Assembly (NCBI GenBank): GCA_963755715.1
Contig: CAVWLW010000033.1
Span: 160,001-224,000 of the forward strand
DNA from: an uncultured delta proteobacterium
Lineage (GTDB): Bacteria > Desulfobacterota > Binatia > UBA9968
DNA: 64,000 bases
Reading direction: 5' to 3'
A program made the translations under genes and the position numbers. This document shows positions 40,599-49,692 of the stretch, in pieces; the stretch's first letter is position 1; every line of letters begins with the position of its first letter. Under the pieces are notes generated by a model. That model had not been told where the DNA came from. It saw only the letters and a program-made list of their open reading frames with translations, and ran no database searches.

Positions 40599-40922
40599 AT
40601 GGGTAAATGTATTTACTGCGCCGCGAGCGCCGGACTGTTGGGACGCGTTTGCGGCGATTGTAAGAAGCTTCTCGCCCGCGTCGCCGAGCTACGCGGCAAG
40701 GTCAGTTACGGACAGTTTCTCGACGGCTTGGAGCAAACCGGAATCGACAAAGAAAAAATCCTGGTGTTTCTGCAAGCCAATCCGGATGGCAAAGGCAGCG
40801 TTCAAGATCAGGTGACCGCGGAGATGACGACCGAGCTGATGAAGGTCATGGGCATTTCCGGGCGCCAAACCGCTAATGAAGTGAAGCGGATTCGCGAGCT
40901 TGTCGACAAAGATTCCGAATAA
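40599..40922 (+). CDS. Hypothetical protein with N-terminal CxxC...CxxC zinc ribbon
   Basis: MGKCIYC...RVCGDC; lies within a run of co-oriented genes. Confidence 0.7.
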   Translation: MGKCIYCAASAGLLGRVCGDCKKLLARVAELRGKVSYGQFLDGLEQTGIDKEKILVFLQANPDGKGSVQDQVTAEMTTELMKVMGISGRQTANEVKRIRELVDKDSE

Positions 40923-40939
40923 CCACGCTCGATCTGCCC

Positions 40940-41419
40940 ATGGCTCTGACGATTTATCTTTCTCTGATTTTTTTGGCGCTCTATCTCATTGGCTTGGCGA
41001 TTCAGCGTTGGCTCTTTTGGCGCGATCGGCGCCGGATGGCTGACGAAAGCCGGGGCGGCGGACGGGTGATCGCAAAGGTGGACGACTTGACGCCTGGGTC
41101 GGTAAAAAAATTCTGGTTGATCTGCCAGAAATATCGCTTGGATGCATTTCTGATCAACGACCGGGGAAGTTTTCACGCCTACGTGAACCGCTGCCGGCAC
41201 ATGCCGACGCCGCTCGACTTTGTCCGCGATGAATTTATCAGCGACGACGGACGCTTTTTGCGTTGTTACACCCATGGCGCGCTTTACGAATTTGCCACCG
41301 GACTGTGCATCGACGGCCCCTGCAAAGGCGAGTCGCTCTATCGTTTACCGGTGCGCGTCGATCGTGGCGAAGTTCTCGTCGCCTGTCCACCGGGCGACCT
41401 GAAGCCGCTGGCGGAGTGA
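40940..41419 (+). CDS. Rieske [2Fe-2S] protein with N-terminal membrane anchor
   Basis: NRCRH...CYTHG; hydrophobic residues 3-27. Confidence 0.88.
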   Translation: MALTIYLSLIFLALYLIGLAIQRWLFWRDRRRMADESRGGGRVIAKVDDLTPGSVKKFWLICQKYRLDAFLINDRGSFHAYVNRCRHMPTPLDFVRDEFISDDGRFLRCYTHGALYEFATGLCIDGPCKGESLYRLPVRVDRGEVLVACPPGDLKPLAE

Positions 41420-41430
41420 AGGCTGTTAAG

Positions 41431-41808
41431 ATGGGTACAGGACAAAAGAAATCCGTGGGCAAATGGGTCGGCACCGTGGGGGAGCTGGAGCACGGCAAGA
41501 GCAAGAAATTCACTTTGCGCCGTGGCCAGCGCGACCTCGAGGCCTTGCTGGTCAACTACGAAGGCAATTATTTCGCTTACGTCAATCGCTGTCCTCATAC
41601 CGGGATCACGCTCGACTGGGTCAACAACCAGTTTTTTAGCTCGGATAACCGTTATCTCATGTGCGCCACGCACGGCGCGGTGTTCGAGCCGCCGACCGGC
41701 GAATGCGTCTGGGGTCCCTGCTTTGGCCTCGCTTTGCAAAGCGTGCCGATCGAGATCGCCGACGAACGGATCTATGCGAGGCTTCCCGGCGCTGACGATA
41801 ACGAGTGA
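41431..41808 (+). CDS. Rieske [2Fe-2S] ferredoxin-like protein
   Basis: NRCPH...CATHG, GECVWGPC; a GTG start at 41416 is also possible. Confidence 0.88.
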   Translation: MGTGQKKSVGKWVGTVGELEHGKSKKFTLRRGQRDLEALLVNYEGNYFAYVNRCPHTGITLDWVNNQFFSSDNRYLMCATHGAVFEPPTGECVWGPCFGLALQSVPIEIADERIYARLPGADDNE

Positions 41809-41844
41809 TTTTCGTGAGCGGGGATAACCCATTGGGAGGACGCC

Positions 41845-42189
41845 ATGACCGACTGCCTATTTTGCGGCATCGTCGCCGAGAAGATAAAAGCCAACGTCGT
41901 TTTTAAAAACGATTACGTCGTCGTCTTTAAAGACATCAATCCCAAGGCGCCGGTTCATCTTCTGATCATTCCGCGCAAGCACATCGCCGGCGTGCTCGAT
42001 ATCGAGCCAGAGGACGACGCGATCATCGGCGAGATTTTTCAAGTCGCCGCTCAGCTTGCCCGCGATCACGGCATCGCCGAAAGCGGCTTTCGGGTGGCGG
42101 TTAATTCCGGTCCCGACGCCGGTCAGAGTGTTTTTCACTTGCATTATCATCTGCTCGGCGGGCGACAGATGACGTGGCCGCCGGGTTAG
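41845..42189 (+). CDS. hinT: Histidine triad nucleotide-binding protein
   Basis: DCLFC, FKDINPKAPVH, GQSVFHLHYH. Confidence 0.93.
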   Translation: MTDCLFCGIVAEKIKANVVFKNDYVVVFKDINPKAPVHLLIIPRKHIAGVLDIEPEDDAIIGEIFQVAAQLARDHGIAESGFRVAVNSGPDAGQSVFHLHYHLLGGRQMTWPPG

Positions 42190-42234
42190 TTCGCGATTCG
42201 ACGTCTTCAGACAATTGCATCAGCGGAGGACAAG

Positions 42235-43490
42235 ATGGCGGATGAATGGCACAGCGCGACGAGTGACATGGCGGTGCGGCAGTTTGACGTGGCCGCGAGC
42301 AAGCTCGGCATCGATGCCAACGTGGCGGCTCGCCTGCGCCGCCCCGATCGGGCGATGATCGTCAGCGTGCCGACTCGCATGGACGACGGCCGCGTGCAGG
42401 TTTTTACCGGCTATCGGGTTCAGCACAACGATGTGCTCGGTCCGTTCAAAGGCGGTATCCGTTATCACCCGGCGGTGAACCTCGGCGAAGTCTCGGCGCT
42501 GGCGATGTGGATGACCTGGAAATGCTCGCTGGTCGGCTTGCCGCTCGGCGGCGCGAAGGGCGGCATCGCTTGCGATCCCGCGCATCTTTCGCGCAGCGAG
42601 CTGCAGTCGATGACGCGGCGTTTTACCGCGGAAATATTGAATATCATCGGACCGGAAGTCGACGTGCCGGCGCCGGATATGGGAACCAACGAGCAGGTGA
42701 TGGCATGGATCATGGACACTTATTCTCAGCACAAGGGCCATGCTGTGCCGGAAATCGTGACGGGCAAGCCGGTGGCGATCGGTGGCACGCTCGGCCGGCG
42801 CGAAGCCACCGGCCGCGGCGTCGTTTATATGATCATTGAAGCGGCGCGCTATCTCGGTATCGATCTCTCCAAGTGCACCGCGGCGGTGCAGGGCTTCGGC
42901 AATGTCGGCTCGGTGGCCGTCAAAGAACTCGCAAACATCGGCGTCAAGATCATCGGGGTTTCCGATCGAACCGGCGGGTTCGTCGACACCAAAGGGTTGC
43001 CGGTGGACAAACTGCTCGAAGTCGCCGACAAGAATCACAGCCTCGAGGGCTGTCCCTACGGCGACAAGATTAGCAATGACGAAGTCTTGGAGCTGAAATG
43101 CGATATCCTGGTTCCGGCAGCGCTCGAGATGCAAATCACAGAAAAAAACGCGGCACGTTGCAATGCCGGATCCTTGCCGAGGGCGCGAACGGTCCGACCA
43201 CGCCCGAAGCCGATGCGATTCTGCACGATAAAGGGGTATTTTTAATCCCGGATATTTTGGCCAATGCCGGTGGGGTCGTGGTGTCGTATTTCGAGTGGGT
43301 GCAGGACTTGCAAAACTTTTTTTGGAACGAGGCGGAGGTCAATAACAAGCTGCGTGAAATTTTGCTCAAAGCTTTCCAAGAAGTGCTCGCAATGAGCCAG
43401 AAGCAATCGGTCAACATGCGTCTGGCGGCGCTGATGATCGGTATCGATCGCGTGGCGCGGGCGATGCTGTGGCGCGGGTTCTACGCGTAG
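42235..43490 (+). CDS. gdhA: Glu/Leu/Phe/Val dehydrogenase (glutamate dehydrogenase), single-base deletion near 43158
   Basis: KGGIRYHP, GGAKGG, PAPDMGT, QGFGNVG, then AEGANGPTT, PDILANAGGV.VSYFEWVQ. Confidence 0.92.
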
Positions 43491-43584
43491 CGGCATCGGT
43501 TATTTTACCAGCCGCGAGGACGCCGCATTGAAGCGGCGCCGATAAACTGTTAACCAACAGGGAGCAAATTTTAAGAGGTACGCA

Positions 43585-44145
43585 ATGGTTCAGGCGACCC
43601 AACTCAGACCCGGCATGATCATCATCCATGAGGGCGGCCTTTTTCGGGTGACGGCGGTGCATCATTTGACCCCGGGCAACAAGCGCGGCTTCATGCAAAC
43701 AAAAATGAAAAACTTGAAGACCGGCATCGGCACGGAATACAAATTCCGTTCCGAGGATCGGGTCGATCAAGCGATTCTCGATAACCGGCAAATGCAGTAC
43801 CTTTATGCCGAAGGGGACCTGCACACTTTTATGGATACGGAGACCTACGAGCAAATTACCTTGCCGGCCGAAGACATCGGCGATTTGCTCTCATACCTGT
43901 TGCCGAACTCGGTGGTTGGGATCGAATTTCACGATAGCAAACCGGTGGGGATCAATCCGCCGTCAACCGTTGATTTGGAAGTCGTCGATACCGAGCCTTC
44001 CATGAAAGGCGCCACCGCCAGCGCTTCGTATAAACCGGCGAAGCTAGAGACCGGCGTTATAGTCCAAGTGCCACCATTTGTTCAGGTGGGCGACAAGGTG
44101 CGCGTCGACCCGACTGACGGCTCGTATCAGGAGCGGGTCAAGTAG
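43585..44145 (+). CDS. efp: Elongation factor P (PGNKRG loop variant)
   Basis: KMKNLKTG, QYLY, FMD.ETYEQ, KPAKLETG, VPPFV..GD. Confidence 0.95.
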   Translation: MVQATQLRPGMIIIHEGGLFRVTAVHHLTPGNKRGFMQTKMKNLKTGIGTEYKFRSEDRVDQAILDNRQMQYLYAEGDLHTFMDTETYEQITLPAEDIGDLLSYLLPNSVVGIEFHDSKPVGINPPSTVDLEVVDTEPSMKGATASASYKPAKLETGVIVQVPPFVQVGDKVRVDPTDGSYQERVK

Positions 44146-44734
44146 TTTTGATTTTTTCTAAAACCGCTTGGACTTGGCGCTTGAGGTCCTCCAGGCTGCC
44201 ATTATTTTCGATCACATAATCTGCGAGTCGCCGTTTTGCCTCCAAGCTCATCTGCGCATCGATATGCTTCTGGGCTTGTGCCGCGCTGAGATTGTCGCGG
44301 CTTTGTAAGCGGTTTCGTTGAGTGTCGACGTCGCAGGCGACCAGGATCACAGGACGCAGCCATTCTTGTAGGTTGCCTTCGAAGAGCAATGGCACTTCGT
44401 AAACGATCACGGCATAGCCGGCGGCCGCGTGCTCGCGGATGCGTTGTTCGGCCAGCGCGCGGACCTGCGGATGAATAATGGATTCGATTTTTTTTCGTGC
44501 TGCCGCATCATCAAATATGATCGCGCGCAGTTTTTGCCGATCGAGAGTGCGGTCCGGTTGCAGCACTGCGATGCCAAAGGTGTTAACAATCTCGGTCCAA
44601 GCTTGGTGGCCGGGTTCGACCACCTCGCGCGCCAGGACATCCGCGTTGATGATCGCGGCGCCCTGGCGCTTGAGAATTTCCGCAACCGTGCTTTTCCCCG
44701 AGGCGATGCCGCCGGTTAAGCCGACTAATTTCAC
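44138..44734 (-). CDS. coaE: Dephospho-CoA kinase
   Basis: GLTGGIASGKST, IIHPQV, VPLLFE. Confidence 0.95.
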   Translation of the reverse strand: MKLVGLTGGIASGKSTVAEILKRQGAAIINADVLAREVVEPGHQAWTEIVNTFGIAVLQPDRTLDRQKLRAIIFDDAAARKKIESIIHPQVRALAEQRIREHAAAGYAVIVYEVPLLFEGNLQEWLRPVILVACDVDTQRNRLQSRDNLSAAQAQKHIDAQMSLEAKRRLADYVIENNGSLEDLKRQVQAVLEKIKTT

Positions 44735-44823
44735 GCCACACTAATGGCAAAATAGCAGCCGGCATTCAAGCAACGCCTAAGCAGGACGAATATGTTATGA
44801 TGGTGTTGGAGGTCGTGCTTCAC

Positions 44824-45078
44824 ATGGCCCAAGTGGTGATCTATACAACGAGTTATTGTCCGTATTGTACCGGTGCCAAGTCTTTACTACGGTCGAAAGA
44901 GGTAACTTTCGAAGAGATCGACGTAACCCATGATCCGCAGCGGCGAGCCGAAATGGAAACGCGCTCAGGGCGGTTCACAGTGCCGCAAATATTTATCGAT
45001 GGCGAGCCGATCGGCGGTTACGACGATGCGCGGCAACTGGACGCAAGCGGCGAGCTGGATCGTTTGTTGGGGCGGTAA
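44824..45078 (+). CDS. grxC: Glutaredoxin 3
   Basis: CPYC, TVPQIFI, IGGYDD. Confidence 0.93.
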   Translation: MAQVVIYTTSYCPYCTGAKSLLRSKEVTFEEIDVTHDPQRRAEMETRSGRFTVPQIFIDGEPIGGYDDARQLDASGELDRLLGR

Positions 45079-45150
45079 ATGTTAGGCGATGACAACAGTA
45101 AATCCGTATTGAAGTTGACGGTTCGCGTCCGGAAACGATCAGCGGGAAAC

Positions 45151-45226
45151 TGGAGGCGGCGAGCGGATTCGAACCGCTGCATCGAGGTTTTGCAGACCTC
45201 TCCCTTAACCACTTGGGTACGCCGCC
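45151..45226 (-). tRNA. tRNA-Cys (GCA)
   Basis: GGCGGCG acceptor stem, anticodon arm GAGGT-CTGCAAA-ACCTC, GGTTCGAATCC, 3' TCCA. Confidence 0.96.
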
Positions 45227-45331
45227 CTCGCCATGACAGGTAACATGAACGTTCGCCGACTTTCAACAACGGCGTAAATTATTGACAACCTAGAGCGAAA
45301 CACGTAATTAAAAAATTTAGGAGTTTTTGCT

Positions 45332-46681
45332 ATGGCGACGATGATTACCAGTGATTGCATTAATTGCGGGGCCTGTGAGCCGGAGTGCCCGAATAACGCA
45401 ATCAGCCAGGGTGATCCCGTTTATGTGATCGATCCGCTGCTGTGCACCGAGTGCGTCGGCTTTCATGACTACGAAGCCTGCGCGGCGGTTTGCCCGGTCG
45501 ATGTTTGTGTGACCGATCAAAACAATATTGAAAGCGAAGAGGTTCTTATCGCGCGCGCGCGCGCGTTGCATCCCGAGACCGACTTTGGCGAGAATTTTCA
45601 ATCTCGTTTCAGAAAAGGACCAGCCGACGGCGCAGCGGCTCCGAGCGTCCAAGCAGAGGCTCAGGTAGAAAAACCCGCCGCCGCTGCTGCTCCGATCCCG
45701 GCATCAAAGCCAGCCGCGGTGCCAAGTTCGCAGATAGCTAAAACACCATCACCTCCTCCGCCGCTCGCTGCCGCGCCGAAACCTGTGCCTGCCAAAAAAG
45801 AGCCGCGGCCGAAAAAAACTTTTCCGCACGAGCTATCGATTAGCTATGAAGAAGCGGCGAAGGAATACGGTCGCGCCGGAACAACTCTTAAAGGAATAGC
45901 TTGGTGGATGGTAATTTTACTCCAGCCGGTGATCGGTGCGTTGCCGCACAGTATCAAGAAGCGGCTCGAAATGGCGATGCAGACACCATTGTTCACTGCG
46001 GCCGGGAGCACCGGACTCAATATTGTTCACAACGCAGTTTTGTATCCGCTGGTTTGTATGGCGATCGCCGCGGCAACCAACGGTGTGCAGGTGATATTTA
46101 GCCAAGATATCAACAAGTACGTTGTGATCGGATTATTACTCGCCACGGTGGAAGGAGTTATTCGATTAAAAGATGGTATTTTTAAGGCTAAGCCGGCGAA
46201 TGAAATGACTTTCCTGCCTTCTTTTTACGGCGTGCCGCTGGCCATAGCTGCCGATTTTCTCCTGGCCAAATATACCGGGTTGGTCAGAGAGATTCCTGTT
46301 CCGGTAGAAGGCTTTTACTCCAAAGGGTTTGTCGACAAGCTTGAAAGAGAGCGACGTTACGGCAACGTTTATACGGTGGAGGATCGTGGCGCGTCTTATC
46401 TCGTGCGCATGGAGTTTCCACGCTGGATACCGGATATTGGTATAGCCAGCCGGACACAATTATCGGACGAAATGCCGGACTACGATTACGACTTGCTATT
46501 GCAAGACGAACAGCTCGTCGTCAAGGGAAAATGTTCGGACGAGAAAGTGCGGAAGATTTCCTCTAGCGTGGGAGCCTTTCCGCCGGAGTTCACAACGGTG
46601 ATTCCATTTCGCGACAGAATTGTCGGGCTGGCGCACCATTTCGAAAATAAACTTCTCGAAGTATTGCTGGTAAAAGCATAA
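45332..46681 (+). CDS. YfhL-type 2[4Fe-4S] ferredoxin fused to a Pro/Ala linker, a membrane region and a C-terminal Hsp20-like domain
   Basis: CINCGACEPECP...CTECVGFHD..ACAAVCP; PA-rich linker; 3-4 hydrophobic segments; beta-rich C-terminus ending FENKLLEVLLVK; RBS AGGAG. Confidence 0.8.
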   Translation: MATMITSDCINCGACEPECPNNAISQGDPVYVIDPLLCTECVGFHDYEACAAVCPVDVCVTDQNNIESEEVLIARARALHPETDFGENFQSRFRKGPADGAAAPSVQAEAQVEKPAAAAAPIPASKPAAVPSSQIAKTPSPPPPLAAAPKPVPAKKEPRPKKTFPHELSISYEEAAKEYGRAGTTLKGIAWWMVILLQPVIGALPHSIKKRLEMAMQTPLFTAAGSTGLNIVHNAVLYPLVCMAIAAATNGVQVIFSQDINKYVVIGLLLATVEGVIRLKDGIFKAKPANEMTFLPSFYGVPLAIAADFLLAKYTGLVREIPVPVEGFYSKGFVDKLERERRYGNVYTVEDRGASYLVRMEFPRWIPDIGIASRTQLSDEMPDYDYDLLLQDEQLVVKGKCSDEKVRKISSSVGAFPPEFTTVIPFRDRIVGLAHHFENKLLEVLLVKA

Positions 46682-46740
46682 GAGCGATCGCGGGAGCGTG
46701 AAGATCGATAGCGAAGCCAAAACAGGGCTGAATTCTTTCG

Positions 46741-46776
46741 AAGGGCCACAGGAGGATCTCGCCTGTGGCCCTTTTG
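46741..46776 (+). terminator. Intrinsic terminator-like hairpin
   Basis: AAGGGCCACAGG / CCTGTGGCCCTT followed by TT. Confidence 0.55.
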
Positions 46777-46805
46777 CGTCCGGCGACATCGTGCGATTTC
46801 GTCCG

Positions 46806-47237
46806 ATGACCACAGCGGATTTAGATGAGGTCATGGTCATTGAACGGACCTCGTTTCGCTTTCCGTGGAGTACCGGGTTTTTTCTGCAGGAACTGCAAGT
46901 CGCATGCGCGCGTTCGATCCTCGCTGAGATTGATGGCCGAATTGTCGGCTATGTTCTTTTCTGGATGCTACCGGGCGCATTGGATATTCATAACATCGCG
47001 GTGCATGTCGATTTTCGCCGGCGCGGCATTGCTCGTGTGCTCTTGGGGCAGGTCGTTAGCGAAGCCAAACGCCAATCTAATGTTCGTGTGATGCTTGAGG
47101 TTCGTCGATCAAATATTCAAGCGCAAAAACTTTATGAATCACTGGGGTTTGTCGCCACAGGGATACGTAAAGGCTACTATTCCGATGACGGCGAAGATGC
47201 CTTAGCGATGACGCTTGAACTCGTCTCCAAGGACTGA
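46806..47237 (+). CDS. rimI: Ribosomal protein alanine N-acetyltransferase
   Basis: IERTSF.FPWS, NIAV, LEVRRSN, RKGYYSD.GEDA; start uncertain (GTG at 46698 possible). Confidence 0.9.
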   Translation: MTTADLDEVMVIERTSFRFPWSTGFFLQELQVACARSILAEIDGRIVGYVLFWMLPGALDIHNIAVHVDFRRRGIARVLLGQVVSEAKRQSNVRVMLEVRRSNIQAQKLYESLGFVATGIRKGYYSDDGEDALAMTLELVSKD

Positions 47238-47338
47238 ATTACAACTTCAAACCTGTCTATTTGTTGATTTTTAGTGAATATTAATATTCGACGTTTAAAC
47301 TATTGAAAGCACAGTTCTTTCAGTACTTCGCCCTGCCC

Positions 47339-47368
47339 TTGACGCCTTCTCGATGTCTGGTGTATAAC
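47339..47368 (+). promoter_or_regulatory. Sigma70-type promoter upstream of the carD leader
   Basis: TTGACG-N18-TATAAC. Confidence 0.6.
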
Positions 47369-47630
47369 TAATCTGTTAGAAAGAAGTTAAATAGCGGTCA
47401 GCTTTACCGACCGCTAATTTTTTTGATAGGTCCCCCGAGGTCGGGGGGACGAAAGAGAGCGGCGCTTTAGAGATGTTTTGTCCACAAACTAACTCCAGTC
47501 AGCCGCTCAGCCAAGTCAGCTTCTCCCAATCCTTCTCTCCTCAGCAACAGCTTCAAGCCTTCATTAGTCAGTCCCAGCGCAAATTCAGTATTGGTCAAAG
47601 CGGTGAAAGTTTTGATTCAGGAGGATCCAT

Positions 47631-48113
47631 ATGTTCAAGGTAGGCGAGAAAGTCGTTTACCCTGCCCACGGGGTAGGGGAAATTGAAGCGATACGTTCCC
47701 ATGTAATATCGGGTACCGAGAGAAAGTTTTATATGCTGCGCATTCTCGAGTCCGATATGAAGATCATGATACCGATCGACAATGTAGAATCGGTGGGCTT
47801 GCGTAAAATAATTGACCGCGCCATGGTTACCAAAGTATATAAAGTCTTACGCCAGAAAAAGGTCGAAACCGACCAACAGACTTGGAATCGCCGCTATCGC
47901 GAATACACGGAAAAAATCAAGACCGGATCCATCCTTGAGATAGCCAAGGTATTGCGCGATTTATTTGTTCTCAAAGGCGACAAGGAACTTTCCTTTGGTG
48001 AGCGAAAGATGTTGGACACGGCGCGTAATCTTTTAGTTAAAGAGTTGTCGATCGCGCGCTCTCATTCCGAAGAAAAGATCATGGAAGAGTTGCGCCATAT
48101 TTTTACTCACTGA
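47631..48113 (+). CDS. carD: CarD/CdnL transcriptional regulator
   Basis: FKVGEKVVYPAHGVG, TWNRRYRE, LSFGERKML. Confidence 0.95.
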   Translation: MFKVGEKVVYPAHGVGEIEAIRSHVISGTERKFYMLRILESDMKIMIPIDNVESVGLRKIIDRAMVTKVYKVLRQKKVETDQQTWNRRYREYTEKIKTGSILEIAKVLRDLFVLKGDKELSFGERKMLDTARNLLVKELSIARSHSEEKIMEELRHIFTH

Positions 48114-48139
48114 CCTGGCCTGATTTATTATTGTTTTCC

Positions 48140-48176
48140 AAGAGCCGAGAGCATTGCCCTCGGCTCTTTTGTTTTG
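48140..48176 (+). terminator. Intrinsic terminator after carD
   Basis: AAGAGCCGAG / CTCGGCTCTT followed by TTGTTTTG. Confidence 0.65.
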
Positions 48177-48181
48177 CGCCC

Positions 48182-48883
48182 ATGAATCATGTAACCGCAA
48201 TCATTCTTGCTGCCGGGACAGGCCGCCGGATCGGCGGCGACCTGTCCAAGACCTATTTGCCTGTGGCTGGGCGGCCATTGGTGCTGCGCACCTTGGATCG
48301 AATGTTCTCGTCGACGCTGATCGAAAAGGTGATCTTGGTGATCGGCGTGGCTGATCTTGAGCATTGTACAGCGATGTTGCGCACCGATCCGGCGCTGCAA
48401 AAACGTTCTTGGATTTTGCAGACCGGTGGCGCGACGCGCCAACAATCCGCTAGGCGCGGTTTAGAGAAGATTGCGCTGGATACCAATCTCGTCGTCATCC
48501 ACGACGGTGCTCGGCCTTTTGCGTCGACCGAACTCATCGATCGCTGCATCGATGCCGCGGCCATCCACGGCGCAGCGGTGCCGGGATTACCGGTGCGCGA
48601 TACGATTAAAGTTGTGTCAGGAGAGCAATGGATTGAAAGTACACCGGACCGAAACAAGCTCTGGGAAATACAAACGCCGCAGGTCTTTCAGCGCGAGTTG
48701 ATTGTCGCGGCACATGAACAAGCGGCGAAGGAAAGCGCGGAATTTACCGACGACGCGATGGTGGTGGAGCGGTTCGGCAAGCCGGTTTTCGTGGTTCAAG
48801 GTGAACCAACGAATATTAAAATCACCGTGCTCGAAGACTTGTGGTTCGCCGAAACCTTGATCCGGCAAGGCCGGGTGCCTTAG
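48182..48883 (+). CDS. ispD: 2-C-methyl-D-erythritol 4-phosphate cytidylyltransferase
   Basis: LAAGTGRR, GGATRQQS, IHDGARP, QTPQVF, TDDA, NIKIT. Confidence 0.95.
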   Translation: MNHVTAIILAAGTGRRIGGDLSKTYLPVAGRPLVLRTLDRMFSSTLIEKVILVIGVADLEHCTAMLRTDPALQKRSWILQTGGATRQQSARRGLEKIALDTNLVVIHDGARPFASTELIDRCIDAAAIHGAAVPGLPVRDTIKVVSGEQWIESTPDRNKLWEIQTPQVFQRELIVAAHEQAAKESAEFTDDAMVVERFGKPVFVVQGEPTNIKITVLEDLWFAETLIRQGRVP

Positions 48884-49692
48884 ACGGCTTTTTTTTGCAT
48901 GACCTCGTTCAGGCTGCCGCTGCGGAACCCTTGCAGATCGACGCTTACGTAGTTGAATCCAACTTCTTTGAATCTCTTCACGATGGCATCCCGGGTCGCC
49001 TTGTCGAACAGGCGGTCGATTTCCTGTTGCGCAACTTCGATTCTTGCGAGGTCGCCGTGAAAACGCACGCGAAACTCGCGGAAGTGAAGCGACTTCATGA
49101 AGACTTCACAGCTGCCGACTTTGTGTAACCGTTCGAGAGTGATTGTCGTTCCATAAGGAAATCGCGAAGAAAGGCATGGGCTCGATGGCTTATCCCATGT
49201 CGGCAGGTCGAGCTCACGGCTATAACGCCGGATGTCATCCTTTGTTATCTCGGCTTCGACCAAAGGATGCCGTACGCCCCATTCATTTGCCGCTTTCAGT
49301 CCGGGCCGATGATCCTGCAAATCGTCCAGATTGGTCCCGTCGACAATCGTGGCTATGCCGAGCTTGTCGGCCTCGGCGCGACAGATCCGATACAATTCGT
49401 CTTTGCAGAAAAAACAGCGATTCACCGGATTCTGCGCATACGACGGATTTGCCAATTCATGGGACTCAAGGACAATGTGACGGCAGCCCAAGCGACCGGC
49501 GAATTCTTTGGCAGCGTCGAGATCCCACGGCGGCGCGCTGGGTGAAGATGCGGTCAATGCCACAACCCCGTCACCAAGAGCGAGATGCGCGGCTTTGAGC
49601 AGGAAAGTCGAATCAACGCCGGCAGAAAACGCGACCAACAACGAATCGTGTTCGCGAAGGAGCTGGGTCAGGCGTTCGAATTTTGCGTCCAT
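48880..49692 (-). CDS. larE: ATP-dependent sulfur transferase LarE
   Basis: [10 protein letters not shown]-loop, [35 protein letters not shown]. Confidence 0.92.
   Translation of the reverse strand: MDAKFERLTQLLREHDSLLVAFSAGVDSTFLLKAAHLALGDGVVALTASSPSAPPWDLDAAKEFAGRLGCRHIVLESHELANPSYAQNPVNRCFFCKDELYRICRAEADKLGIATIVDGTNLDDLQDHRPGLKAANEWGVRHPLVEAEITKDDIRRYSRELDLPTWDKPSSPCLSSRFPYGTTITLERLHKVGSCEVFMKSLHFREFRVRFHGDLARIEVAQQEIDRLFDKATRDAIVKRFKEVGFNYVSVDLQGFRSGSLNEVMQKKAV

Noticed and set aside
43140-43165. A_AAA_AAC slippery heptamer at the gdhA break, suggesting a programmed -1 frameshift
   Set aside because: Slippage there would replace the family-conserved Asn-Ala (TEKNA) with KRG; a single missing base just downstream fits better and matches the other indel errors
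45100-45330. tRNA-Cys as an integration site or island boundary
   Set aside because: No integrase, no duplicated tRNA 3' end seen, and the flanks are housekeeping genes
48182-48883. ispD without ispF after carD
   Set aside because: carD-ispD linkage is well known and ispF is often encoded elsewhere; not informative from one window
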